Below, piece by piece: positions 52,653-64,000 of a DNA stretch of 64,000 nucleotides. Source of the DNA: Eledone cirrhosa (taxonomy: Eukaryota); assembly GCA_964016885.1 (NCBI GenBank), contig OZ024745.1:119970001-120034000 (forward strand), in the 5' to 3' direction. A program made the translations under genes and the position numbers. How positions within the stretch are numbered: the stretch's first letter is position 1; every line of letters begins with the position of its first letter. Under the pieces are notes generated by a model. That model ran no database searches, was not told the origin of the DNA, and saw nothing but the letters and a program-made list of their open reading frames with translations.

Positions 52653-53989
52653 CTTCATTAATGTCAAACTACAGTCAGGCCAGGAATATCACGAAAAAAA
52701 AATTATTCTAAGGGACCCGTATCTTAACAACTACTACCGGTCAAATATAGGCAAACAAAAAGGGGGAGGAAGATAAGTCAGCGTTAATATCATGCCACAA
52801 AGAGAAAAGACAGAAAGAATGAGGAAGAGAAGGAAGAAAAGGAAGAAGAAAAGTCAGGGTTAATGGTTACGAGAAGAAAGATAGAAAGAAAGAGGAAGAA
52901 AGGTTGGTATTAATGTCAGACTACAGTCAGGCCAGGAATGGCGCGAAGAAAATATTTTCAAAGGGACCCGTATCTTAGCAGAGGTAAATATAGAGGGGGT
53001 ATGTACGTTATAATGTGTGAGCAGAAGATTGGAACGTTACATTTTTGTTTAGATTTATAGGATGAAGTTGAAACATTAATATTTAATATTAACATTATGT
53101 AATTAAAGAAATTAGAAAATTGAAAGTTAAACAGTTTAACATTTTTAAGGTTGCGAGGTTTAAGCAAAGAAAGAGTCTTTTATGAAGAAACTTAAATTTT
53201 ATTATCGAGTAAAGATTATGTCTTTGTTTAGCCGTCAAACAGCATGCGGCGACTACAAGCTTGCGCAGCCCATCCACTCCGAGTGATATCGCCTAGCGAA
53301 AGATATGGAAATCGATTTTCTGAGCACTCTAGGAATGTATAACAGGCTTCAGGTGCGCCAGCAGGAAGTCAGCCCGCATCGTTAGGCCATCCTTGTACAA
53401 AACTAGTACTATTCCTTTACCCAGGAGGAGGATTTGCTTAAGTAGAGGGAGGCGTGATACATCTAATAGTTATGATTAGATCTGTAATTTAAAGGTACTA
53501 TATGGCGGTCAAAAAACCGGCTGCGCGCCGGGCCCCTGGGGCGAATCTAGCCACTCCGACTAGTTTCATTTACCGAAAGAAGGGGAAATTTATTTTTCCA
53601 AGCACTCAAGGTAGGCCTATGTGCCAGGGAACAGGTCCTGCCGCCAGGAAAACCAACCCAACAGTCCGACAGAAAGTTGGAACGTTAAAATATTGTTTAG
53701 ATTTATAGGATGATGTTGAAAGAATTCAGAATAACATTATAAAATTGAGAATTGAACAATTAGAAAATTGAAAATTAAACAATTAAAAAAACTTTTTTAA
53801 GGTTTTGGGTTGCGGGGTTTAGTTAAAGAGAGTATTTTATGAAGAAACGTTAATTGTATTATATAGATCCTCTATAAGTTATTCTAGTGGGATGTAGAGT
53901 AAGGGATATAGTCGGGTAATATTTAATTTGTTCTCAGGGGGAGACATTCTAGTGTCGTGTGCTAATGGGTACAAGTGAGTAACATTGAA

Positions 53990-54305
<316 letters not shown>

Positions 54306-54684
54306 ACATTTTAGCTTCAGGCATAGTTGTATAGAGATATTTAGTGGAATTTTGTATTTCAGAAGAATTACGGTATGTTTCAAATAAACATTTGGAGAGC
54401 CGTAGCTATGCCAAAACACAGGCGACTAACGCTGTCTAGCGGTGTCCAGTAGAAGCAAGGGGGATAATCGAAGGTATCCATTTCGAACTGAAGTGGTTCT
54501 CATCAGCACAATCCCTTCAACTCTTGCAAATGCTGGACTTTGAAAACAGACGAGAAGATATGGTTTTCTCGGCTGTGTGAAGTCTGTATACAACTATGCT
54601 TGAAGCTAAATTTGAATTCTATTCTATTATAAGTTGAGCCAAATTATACAGCTTCGTATGCAAATAAGATTAATCACCTCATTT

Positions 54685-54756
<72 letters not shown>

Positions 54757-54969
54757 CTGTGTGTGTGTGCGTGTCAGTGCGAGCAATAACTAAAATAAGT
54801 TATTGGGATAAAAAGAATTGGGTGGAGAAAGAGAGACATGTAAACAAACAAATTCGGAAGGCAACGTAAAGAGAGGAAAATGGGAAAACATGTCAATGAT
54901 ATATGTGAACTTAAGTTCTAGCAAATCAATGACGAGAAGACGACAGACGCGTCCGAACCCTGCGAAATA

Positions 54970-55057
<88 letters not shown>

Positions 55058-55521
55058 TAGTTCCACAACAATATATATATATATATAGTATAAAATATAG
55101 AATAAATTCCTCGAAATATTTCCTCGAAATATTTCCTACACCATATCTAATCTACACCAGGCATAGTTTTTACTTCACAAATCTGAGACATCGATCTCAC
55201 CGTTAGAGTAAATAATCATTGATACATTTAAACTCGTGGTTTATACTTCTAAATATGTATATCTGAATGAGCTAAGTAATACTTTCTGCTCAGTATGTAG
55301 TTTTGTGCACACCGGTGAATTTGACCAACTCATCCACAGCATATTCCTCCATGATGTCTTCGGACAAAAGGTCAACAGTTATTAACTTCGTGTCATATAT
55401 GTCACCTCCTAGCATTCATTCACAGTCATAGTAATTGGCGGCTGCGCTGAATGCGGTCGGTTTCGGTTTAAAAGTTGAAACAATTGAAATCATAGACTTT
55501 CCAATTGCTGGAAACGATATA

Positions 55522-55700
55522 ATAATTGTTTCTACTTTTGGCACAAGGCCAGCAATTATCTGTGTATTACTGGTACATTATTTTATCGACCCGTAAAGAT
55601 GAAAGGCAAAGTTAACCACGACGGGATTTGAACACAGACTGTAAAGAGACGTAACTATGCTGGAAAGCATGGCTCCACCGATACTGCCAATTCACCGCCC
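55522..55700 (-). mobile_element. SINE family A
   Basis: Reverse-complement match with an internal deletion. Confidence 0.87.
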
Positions 55701-55989
55701 AATTAACCAATCGGAAACGAAACAATAGTGACAATTCCTCAGACAAGTTTCATAACGATGTCAAAAGCAACAAACAGAATTACAACTAAGCGTTATTCCA
55801 ACCAGATCTATCCTCGATAACCTCCACTTTATGCAATGCATCGTAAACTGTATCGCTATGGAATTTGATTCGTATGAGGCCCTACTCAACTTCAATCAAT
55901 TGAAACTTTCAATATGGTCGAACATCAGTACCAAGATGTGGTCATCACGGCTGCCTGTTTCACAGGATCGATCGATACAATAAACAGTG

Positions 55990-56225
55990 GCATCTGTTAA
56001 ATATTTAGAGTGAACGATCATCTCTCAGAACCGTTTAACTGCATGCTCTCATTTCTCCAAATTTGCTAGCTCTCGTCCTTCATTTATGCACTGACTCAAG
56101 AGCCTTTACTTCACTAATTGCAGACGTTGATCCGTATCTCTACAAATTCGGTGGTGGGAGATCAGTGTAAGGCTATGTTGATGGTGTCATCACAGTGGTG
56201 TCGAACACTAAACTCATCGAGGAGT
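55990..56225 (+). mobile_element. Highly decayed Tx1-family RT fragment
   Basis: Nucleotide similarity by eye to 8250-8490 (gtgaacgatcatctctcagaaccgttt...gagcctttact). Confidence 0.5.
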
Positions 56226-56314
56226 TTGATAGAGCTACAGTTCTGGGTCATTTTCTTTCCATATTTTTGTTTAGTTGGTGGCGTAGAAAGATCGCTAAAG
56301 CATCGGAGAATTTG

Positions 56315-56716
56315 CTTTGCGGCATTGGTTACGAGTTCAAATCCCGCCCAGGTAAACTCTGACTTTTATCGTTCCAGGGTCGAAACAAAATGTACCAGTA
56401 AAGTTCTGGTTTCGATAATATCAACTGTTTCCTTTCCCGAAATAGCTGGCCTTGCGCCAATGTTAGAAAACAATTATTATTATTAATACAAACGAGGGAG
56501 GTGGATTGGCAGTATCGGTAGAGGGTCGGGCGCCATGCTTTGCAGCATAAAGTTACGGCTCTTTATGATCCGAGTTCAAATCCCGCCGAGGTTAACTTTG
56601 CCTTTCATCCTTACGGGGTCGATTAAATGAAGTACCAGCCACGCACTGGGTCGATTTAATCGACTTTCCCCTCCCCAAAAATTTCTGGCCTTGTGCTTAT
56701 ATGAGAAACCATTATT
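56315..56716 (+). mobile_element. Two tandem SINEs: older diverged copy (about 56315-56485) and family A long variant (56496-56716)
   Basis: Both have a B box GAGTTCAAATCC, the core and a GGCCTTG(C/T)GC 3' end. They are separated by (ATT)n. Confidence 0.82.
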
Positions 56717-57159
56717 AACACTAATGCATGAAAAACACTCATGTAGATTTCGTTTTGCCGCATTCCTCGTAAGATGTCAGATTTCCATAAGGAACTTTAT
56801 TTCAATACAGCTTGTACTGAAAGGAAAATAGTTTCTGCTATGCAATGATGTAATATGTCTAAAATCTAATGCTTTACTTACTCTCCTCTCATAAACTATG
56901 GATTAATGTAGCTCCTGTCCCAAATCACCCTAACCACTCTCCTTGTTTATCATCTTACAAATCTCCCCTCTTTGAGCGATTGTACAACATTCCCCATGTC
57001 TATTTGTTTTATAGTTTCTTATAATCGTGTTATTTATTTATATTTATGCTTTCCTCAATCGTCTACTAAATATCTATTCACTTATTTTCACTTTCAGTCA
57101 CTTTGCCTTCATTAGATTTGTCATTACCACATATTACTAGATACACGTATGTCTGTGGA

Positions 57160-57244
<85 letters not shown>

Positions 57245-57306
57245 TGTGTATACATGTATATACATATATTTCTATCTATCTATCTATATACATATATATA
57301 TATATA

Positions 57307-57377
<71 letters not shown>

Positions 57378-57517
57378 ATATATACGTTATAACGGGTTGA
57401 ATCGGAGGTAACCATAGTAAGTAAGGTACTCAATACATAGCAGAGTATAACAGTTTTAATATAGCTGAGATTCTACTGGACTAGAACTGTTTCATTCTTT
57501 AGAAATCATCATCTGCC

Positions 57518-57568
57518 AGATTCCTGATGATTTCTAACGAATGAAACAGTTCTAGTCCTGTAGAATCT
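57518..57568 (+). ncRNA. Type I hammerhead-like motif inside a palindrome
   Basis: AGATTC-CTGATGA-TTTC TAAC GAAT-GAAA-CAG TTCTAGTC CTG-TA-GAATCT. Confidence 0.62.
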
Positions 57569-57589
57569 CATCTATATTAAAACTATATG

Positions 57590-57642
<53 letters not shown>

Positions 57643-57769
57643 ATATTGCTATTTTTGTTTAGTTTTGTTTTGCCCTTCTTTTTTTCTCACTTTTCTTTTA
57701 TCTTTAGACCTATATGAATTTGTTTAATTTCTATATATCTATCAATCTATCTAGGCTGGATAGCTGCCA

Positions 57770-59475
57770 TGCACACCAGCATCTGCTCGGCATTCAAGGT
57801 GAATGGCTACCTAGCGGAGCCATTCCAAATCATGCGTTCCATCCGTCAGGGATTTCCTCTCACCTCCATTCTGTATACTCTCGAGCCATTACTGTTCAAG
57901 TTAGAGCTGTTGCAGGGCATCCCGATCGAACCTGGACTGCAGAAAGCAGCGTCGGCCTTTGCCGACGACATAATCGTAATGGTGTCGAAAATCTCGGAAA
58001 TCTGGGTAATCGGCAACCTATTACAGGAGTACGAAACGTTGATAGGAGCAAGACTAAACCCAAACAAGTTTGCAACTCGGCACGTGGAGAGGGAAACCCA
58101 TGCCTTCCGACGGTGTTGTTGGACGCAGGACGGAAGGACCGGGGAAATTGCTTGGGGTCTGGTTTGGTCCAGACCTCTAGGTGGACAAGAAATGGAACGA
58201 GATCACGGCGTAGGTGTTTGCACTGACCCAGAAGTGCGCTGAGTGCAAACTCTCCTTGAAAGGTCGAGCGGAGGTGGCGAACACTTACATAGCGTCCGTC
58301 ATCTACTACCGCTTAACAGTCGTGCCTTGACCCTGCGAACACCTCACCAAAATGGAACGCCTACTCTTCAAGTTCCTCTGGAAGAAACAGGTTCCATTGG
58401 TGAGGAGATCCATCTGCTGTCAACACCATTCTAACGGAGGACTGGGCATGATGTAGGTGATGATGTGCAAACACACCCTGAGGCTACGCCATCTCCAGGT
58501 ATTCCTGACCGGTGAACCGGTGTGGCTGTCGTTTGTGAGACAAGCTCTTCAACAACTCGTCTCTCTAACAGTGCTGCAGCCCTTCGACATTCTATAGGGG
58601 CATAGTGGAGGATAAGTGCGATATAAGTTCTTGGGAAACTCTAGGCATCGAGGAGGAGGAAGTGACCAGTCTGTTCGGGAGGACTTTCCGTCCAATGCCT
58701 ATGGATAACTTCCAGAGGTCTCTGGCCTGGCAGTGCTACCGAGGAACTCTACCAGTTTGAGACAAATTTTACAGGCACAGACGCCCTGGCAGAGATCCTG
58801 TAAAAGGACCGGTCCAAGATGCGAGCAGGGCATCGAAACAGTTCTGCACGCAATTGTTCAGTGCCCAGGGGTGACCGACCTGTGGAATTATGTCGAACAG
58901 CTACTGTCACGTGTGAGACGCATCCAGTTGTCAGCCGAGTCCATCGTGTGGATCACCCCGCCGCCTTCATTTAAGAATGAAGAAGAGGCGGTCTTCCTCT
59001 GTCTGGTGGCTATGGCGAAAGAGGTAATATGGTGGACGAGGTTAAAAGGACTAAGGGCAAACACCTTTCCCTCCGGACAACAACTTATCCCCTTCTTTAA
59101 GTACCACTTCAAAAGGAAGGTGAGAGTGGAGAGAGAGGTGCTACACCCCAGTATTCGCTGAAAGGTGGGTGAATGTGGCGAAAATGGCCCGAGTGAATGG
59201 GCCTTCTCAGTATATAAACCTGTAGGTTGAGGAAGATAAACAGAGGGAAGAGAGGAACACCTACAAAACGTGTTCCTGGTGTTGAGGGTTGTTCTATCCA
59301 CGGGGTGTAAAACAACCCTGCTGTAACGTTCCCCCTTATTGGGGATTTCAATTGTTATTTTATTATATATAGTTTATTGTTATTTACTAATGTTAAACTT
59401 ATATGATTTTTATGTAAAACCCCCGTCACGTTTTGTTATGTCCCATTTTTGTACGCCCCTGTGGCAAATAAAGAA
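57770..59475 (+). mobile_element. Tx1-family 5'-truncated, decayed copy
   Basis: Fragments VNGYLAEPF..IRQGFPL..FADD and CEQGIETVLHAIVQCP..WWTRLKGL. The 3' end has GCCCCTGTGGC followed by AAATAAAGAAA. Confidence 0.88.
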
Positions 59476-59867
59476 ATATATCTATATATCTTATTTATCT
59501 ACCTAACTATCTAGCTGGCTAGCTAGCTATATATATATATCTTTTTACCTATCTACCTACCTATCCATACCTTTATCTATATATCTATCAATCTATCTAT
59601 TTCATGTTACTTTTCCACGGTCTCCTTTCTTAGACTAAATTCAAGCCATATTCTCTTTTTGCGCACTGTCGTGTTCAATTTAGTCCTCGTTCACTATTTA
59701 TGAAACACACACACACACATGCACGCACGCACACACACACATGCACGCAAACACGCACGCGCTCACACATACCCAAATAATAATATACCCATACACACAG
59801 GCACATGTATATATATATATGAATCGCCTCCCCTCTCTCTCCCTCTCTCTCTCTCCCTCTCCCTCCC

Positions 59868-59929
<62 letters not shown>

Positions 59930-60252
59930 ATAGAGGTGTAACACACGAGTTATGATATAGTGGAAAATGCTGACAAATTGTTCCCAGTGAAAAATAGTTT
60001 AATTAGAAATAAGTAAAAATTAGTAATAGTATTGGTTAGTATAAATTAGAGCAAACATAAATTAGACCAGATTAGAGCAAACATCACGGGCGCTCTATCT
60101 CAAAATTATTTTTGAAAAGCATTAGAAATGCGCAACCGGTAAAACTTAAAACCAAAACTGAATACTAACCAATACTATTACTAATTTTTACTTATTCCTA
60201 ATTAAACTATTTTTCACTGGGAACAATTTGTCAGCATATTCTTTTCCTTTTA

Positions 60253-60315
<63 letters not shown>

Positions 60316-60318
60316 TAT

Positions 60319-60441
60319 AATAATTGTTTCTACTTTTGGCACAAGGCCAGAAATTATCCCAGTACTTTACTGGTACTTTATTTTGTCGACCCCATAATGA
60401 TGAAAAGCGAAGTTAACCACGGCGGGATTTAAACGCAGACC
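60319..60441 (-). mobile_element. SINE family A 3' part
   Basis: Reverse-complement match. Confidence 0.82.
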
Positions 60442-60447
60442 TGTCTA

Positions 60448-60539
<92 letters not shown>

Positions 60540-60955
60540 AGTGTACGTATGCGTATGTATGTATGTATGCATACTATATAAATATATTCATATATATCTG
60601 CATGTATAATATTTTCTAGCTTCATTGCAAGCTCACTTTTGTTTTTACGCTCAACATTCTCCTGAGCTCCCTCTTTGAATACTCCTGTCGTTATATAGCT
60701 CTTTATCTCCAATTAATATATAAAAAATGTAAACGATCTTTATCTCAATTAATATATAAAACATGTAATCGATATTTTTATTTGAGATTTTCGATATGCC
60801 CGCCGTTGAAGAGATATTCATCACGTTAGAGCATATGCCGAATGGAATCTAAATACCCAACAGCTCTCAACAGCCGGCATGTCATAAGCGAAAAATATAT
60901 ATTGTTTACATTTCCAACACTTGTCTGATGACAACGTATTAATTAGCACGTGTTG

Positions 60956-61170
60956 AGGGCGGTGGATTGGCAGTATCGGTAGAGAGTCGGACACCTTGCT
61001 TTGCAGCATAGAGGAGTTACGGTCCTTTATGATCTGAAGTTCAAATCCCGCCGAGGTTAACTTTACCTTTCATCCGTTAATATAAAGCACCAGTAACGTA
61101 CTGGGGTCGATTTAATCGACTCTCCCCTCCCCCGAATTACTGGCCTTGTGCCAATACTAGAAATCATTAA
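60956..61170 (+). mobile_element. SINE family A, long variant
   Basis: Head, B box, GTCGATTTAATCGAC hairpin and GGCCTTGTGCC end. Confidence 0.88.
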
Positions 61171-61799
61171 TTATCATGTGTTATCTAAGACAATAAATCT
61201 GTATGTATACCTATAGCGTGGAGTGCTTATTCTTGATTGCACTCTAGATCGTAGGTTGCTTAGATCAACTAATACTTATTAATAAACCGAAACAACTGCT
61301 CTACGCAGCCGAAATATACGAGAAATATATATTTGTATATGCAGTGTAAACTTAAATCGAGATTGCGTAAATATTTAGTCTCCATAATAGGTAGGATTTA
61401 CGTATTATCTTTTAGAATGAAAAAATGCTGAATATTCGTCATCAATTATTTACTTTCATAGTATATACACATCCAGTAATCACACAAAAAATAACATGTA
61501 ACTGAAAGCCTTTTATAGTCCGCCGAATATAGTAATACGCATAACTATACGTATTAACTTGCCTATTACGAGTTTATACATTAGTTTTCATATATACATT
61601 CCCTATAGAACTAAAACTATACTGGCCGTATATGAGCTACTAGCTTCGTTCCATCATCCTGGTTTCGGCCGCTTGTCGAACCCTGGTGTCACTTTGTAGA
61701 AGGTAGTTTGGTTTTTATAGAGGCGTTGAATATTGGATTGAACCATAAGTATTTCCTATCTCTGGATCTTCTATAGTTCCTAGGGATCTTTATATTGGT

Positions 61800-63430
61800 G
61801 TTCGGTTCAGTTATTTTTGCTGCTCGTTTTCTAATTCTATGTTTAGTCCTATGTTTGTTACTTCTATATGTGTGGGTGGTGTAGCTTTCGTTAGGTCTGT
61901 TGCTGCTGTCTCTATCTGGTATATATTCGAGCCCCTCTTTATGTCCTTCCTTATGTAAAGCTATGTTATAATAGTTTGCGTGTTTGTTAAAAATCTCTAG
62001 GTTAGAAGATAGGCGAGATATTCTGAGGGATATACTATGTGCTATGGAATTAATTATGGATCGGGGTGGTTTGAGTTATAACTAATGTAGGCTAGATTCT
62101 CGTTATGTTTATGGACGGGCTCTATTAATCCTGTGTTTAGGTTGAGTGTTATATCTAAGAAGTTTGCTTTTTTAGAGTTAAATTCGAAAGTGATACCTAG
62201 GCCTAGTTTGTTGAAGAACACTAATTTTTTTCCGTAATTTTTCCATGGTTTCATTATTTAAATTTTTATTTAAAAGGAGTGTGTCGTCTCTATAAATTCC
62301 TCCCTGGGGTTATTAAATTCCTTGCGTAAGTTATGCGCTATATATATTCCCACTATGTCTGTTACCTGTGCTGAGTCGCTAGAACCCATTGTGATATCGA
62401 AGCTATTCTGTCTGTTTCTTCGTTCCCAGTAACTCTTTTCGAATCTAATGATAGCTCTCCTAGCAGCTAGTATTATTTTAATTTCATCAGAGGTTAGGTC
62501 CGAGTTTTTCTGGGCAAAAGTTAGCGCTTTATCTAGGGTGACTGGGAAGTTGGAGGAGTAGTTGTCATTAATGTCAAACTGTACGTAGTTGGATGTTTCC
62601 CTACTGTCTATTTTGCTGAACCAGTCTATTGCTTCGTTAGTGTTACCCCATAGCTTAATTACTAGTTTGTCCTTGATTTGTGCTATTACCCTCTCTAGTA
62701 TATACTTGCTAATTCTACCTATATCCGCCTTCGATGGCATATTAATCTAATTGTGGGGTCTATTTCGAAATTATTTTTGTGATCCCTTAGGTTAAATGTG
62801 GGGTTACAAAGGGGTTAGAGGCTCGGTTCTATCAGATATTTTCAGTTTTTTTACTATGCTAAGTCCCTCCTTATTAATGCTAGTGAGTGCAGATTCTGTA
62901 GGTTTCTTGCATATTTTGTGCAGTTCTCGGCGTATAAAGTTATTGTATTTAGTAAGGCTCATGGTGTATACATTTGATGTTTTCTCTGCTTTTACTATAA
63001 TACCGTTGGTGTTGCGTAGATTTTTTAGTAGTGCATTGATGTCGTTTTGCAGTTTGTTGTGATGTGTCCGTTTTTTTAATTTGGTTCATGAGATCGAGTT
63101 CGAAGGCATCGAGCTGGGTGTTATTTGGTGGATATTTGCAAGATTTGAATCCGTATTTTTCCCTAGTAAATTCTTCTGTGTTATTAGCATGTCCTTTATC
63201 GTAATGATAGGCCTTCTATCTGATTCGACGGATGACGTCATTAGTATACTGTATCATGCCGAGTGTATAGGTATGTTTTTCAAGGACATGCCTATGTGGT
63301 ACTTTTCCATATTAGTGCCGTGCGTTAAGGTTGTTGCTCTACCTAGTAGGAACAGGGTATATGGGATAACGAGTTATCTTTATAGGTAATCCAGTTAGAA
63401 GTTGTGAGTACTCTGTGTCATGGATAGTTT
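61800..63430 (-). mobile_element. Penelope-like element RT pseudogene (Naiad-type)
   Basis: Minus-strand fragments MSLKNIPI, GFKSCKYPP..LDAFELDL, KAEKTSNVY, PSKADIGRISK, VQFDI, FDITMGSSDSAQVTDIVG and NFLDITLNL..YISYNSNHP. Frameshifted. Confidence 0.8.
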
Positions 63431-63731
63431 TAACGTAGGGCTTTGTTTGACTCAACAAGATGTTTCCATAGTTAGGCAGTGAGTTCACAAGAATTCCTAT
63501 GTAGGTTATACTTGGAGTAATAATAGTGAGAGATTGAAGAGTAACATGGTCAGCTGTACAACAAGGGGCTTTATTTCAGGTATTAACAATCGATTCATTG
63601 ATCAGGTGAGTCTAGAAGCCGCTAATCGCTCGCAGATGCGTCACTCGATCTACATTATATGTGTGTGTATGTATGTTCTTTCTTGAACATGGTGGACCTT
63701 GTTGTCTCTTGAGGTCACTGGTTGTGACTTG

Positions 63732-63912
63732 TTGGCAGTATCTGTAGAGGGTTGGACGCCATGCTTTCTAGCATAGTTACGTCCCTTTACGGTTTGAGTT
63801 CAAATCCCGCCGAGGTTAACTTTGCCTTTCATCCTTACGTGGTCGATAAAATAAAGTACCAGTAATGTACTGGGTAATTGCTGGCCTTCTGCTAAAAGTA
63901 GAAACAATTATT
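63732..63912 (+). mobile_element. SINE family A
   Basis: Matches the consensus. Confidence 0.88.
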
Positions 63913-64000
63913 TACCTCTGATCAAATACTCAGAATACAAATAATTCATACATGGCATGATATATATAGAGAGAAATAGCGTAGAATCAAAACAATAACA

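Overview
AT-rich, microsatellite-dense animal DNA with no recognisable host gene. The repeat content is most like a cephalopod/octopus genome (inference). The window is almost entirely transposon-derived. The centrepiece is an apparently intact Tx1-type (L1 superfamily) non-LTR retrotransposon at about 4237-10082, with a CCHC-containing ORF1 and an APE-RT-zinc finger ORF2. It sits in a head-to-tail nest of relatives and tRNA-derived SINEs joined by (ATT)n tracts, and five further partial copies or fragments of the family occur in the window. About 20 copies of one SINE family end in a stem-loop with a CUUGU loop plus (ATT)n. The same stem-loop ends the LINE and shows compensatory substitutions among LINE copies, which suggests a 3'-end-recognition SINE/Tx1 partnership. 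A second hidden layer is a set of type I hammerhead ribozyme motifs: one canonical at 46901-46978 and several minimal or degenerate ones. They lie in Penelope-like direct/inverted repeat structures, and a decayed Penelope-like (Naiad-type) RT is present at the right end. Decayed R4/Dong, CRE, RTE, I-group, Vingi-like and CR1 LINE fragments, Helitron ends and long palindromes make up the rest. Most short ORFs in the track are microsatellite or antisense artefacts.
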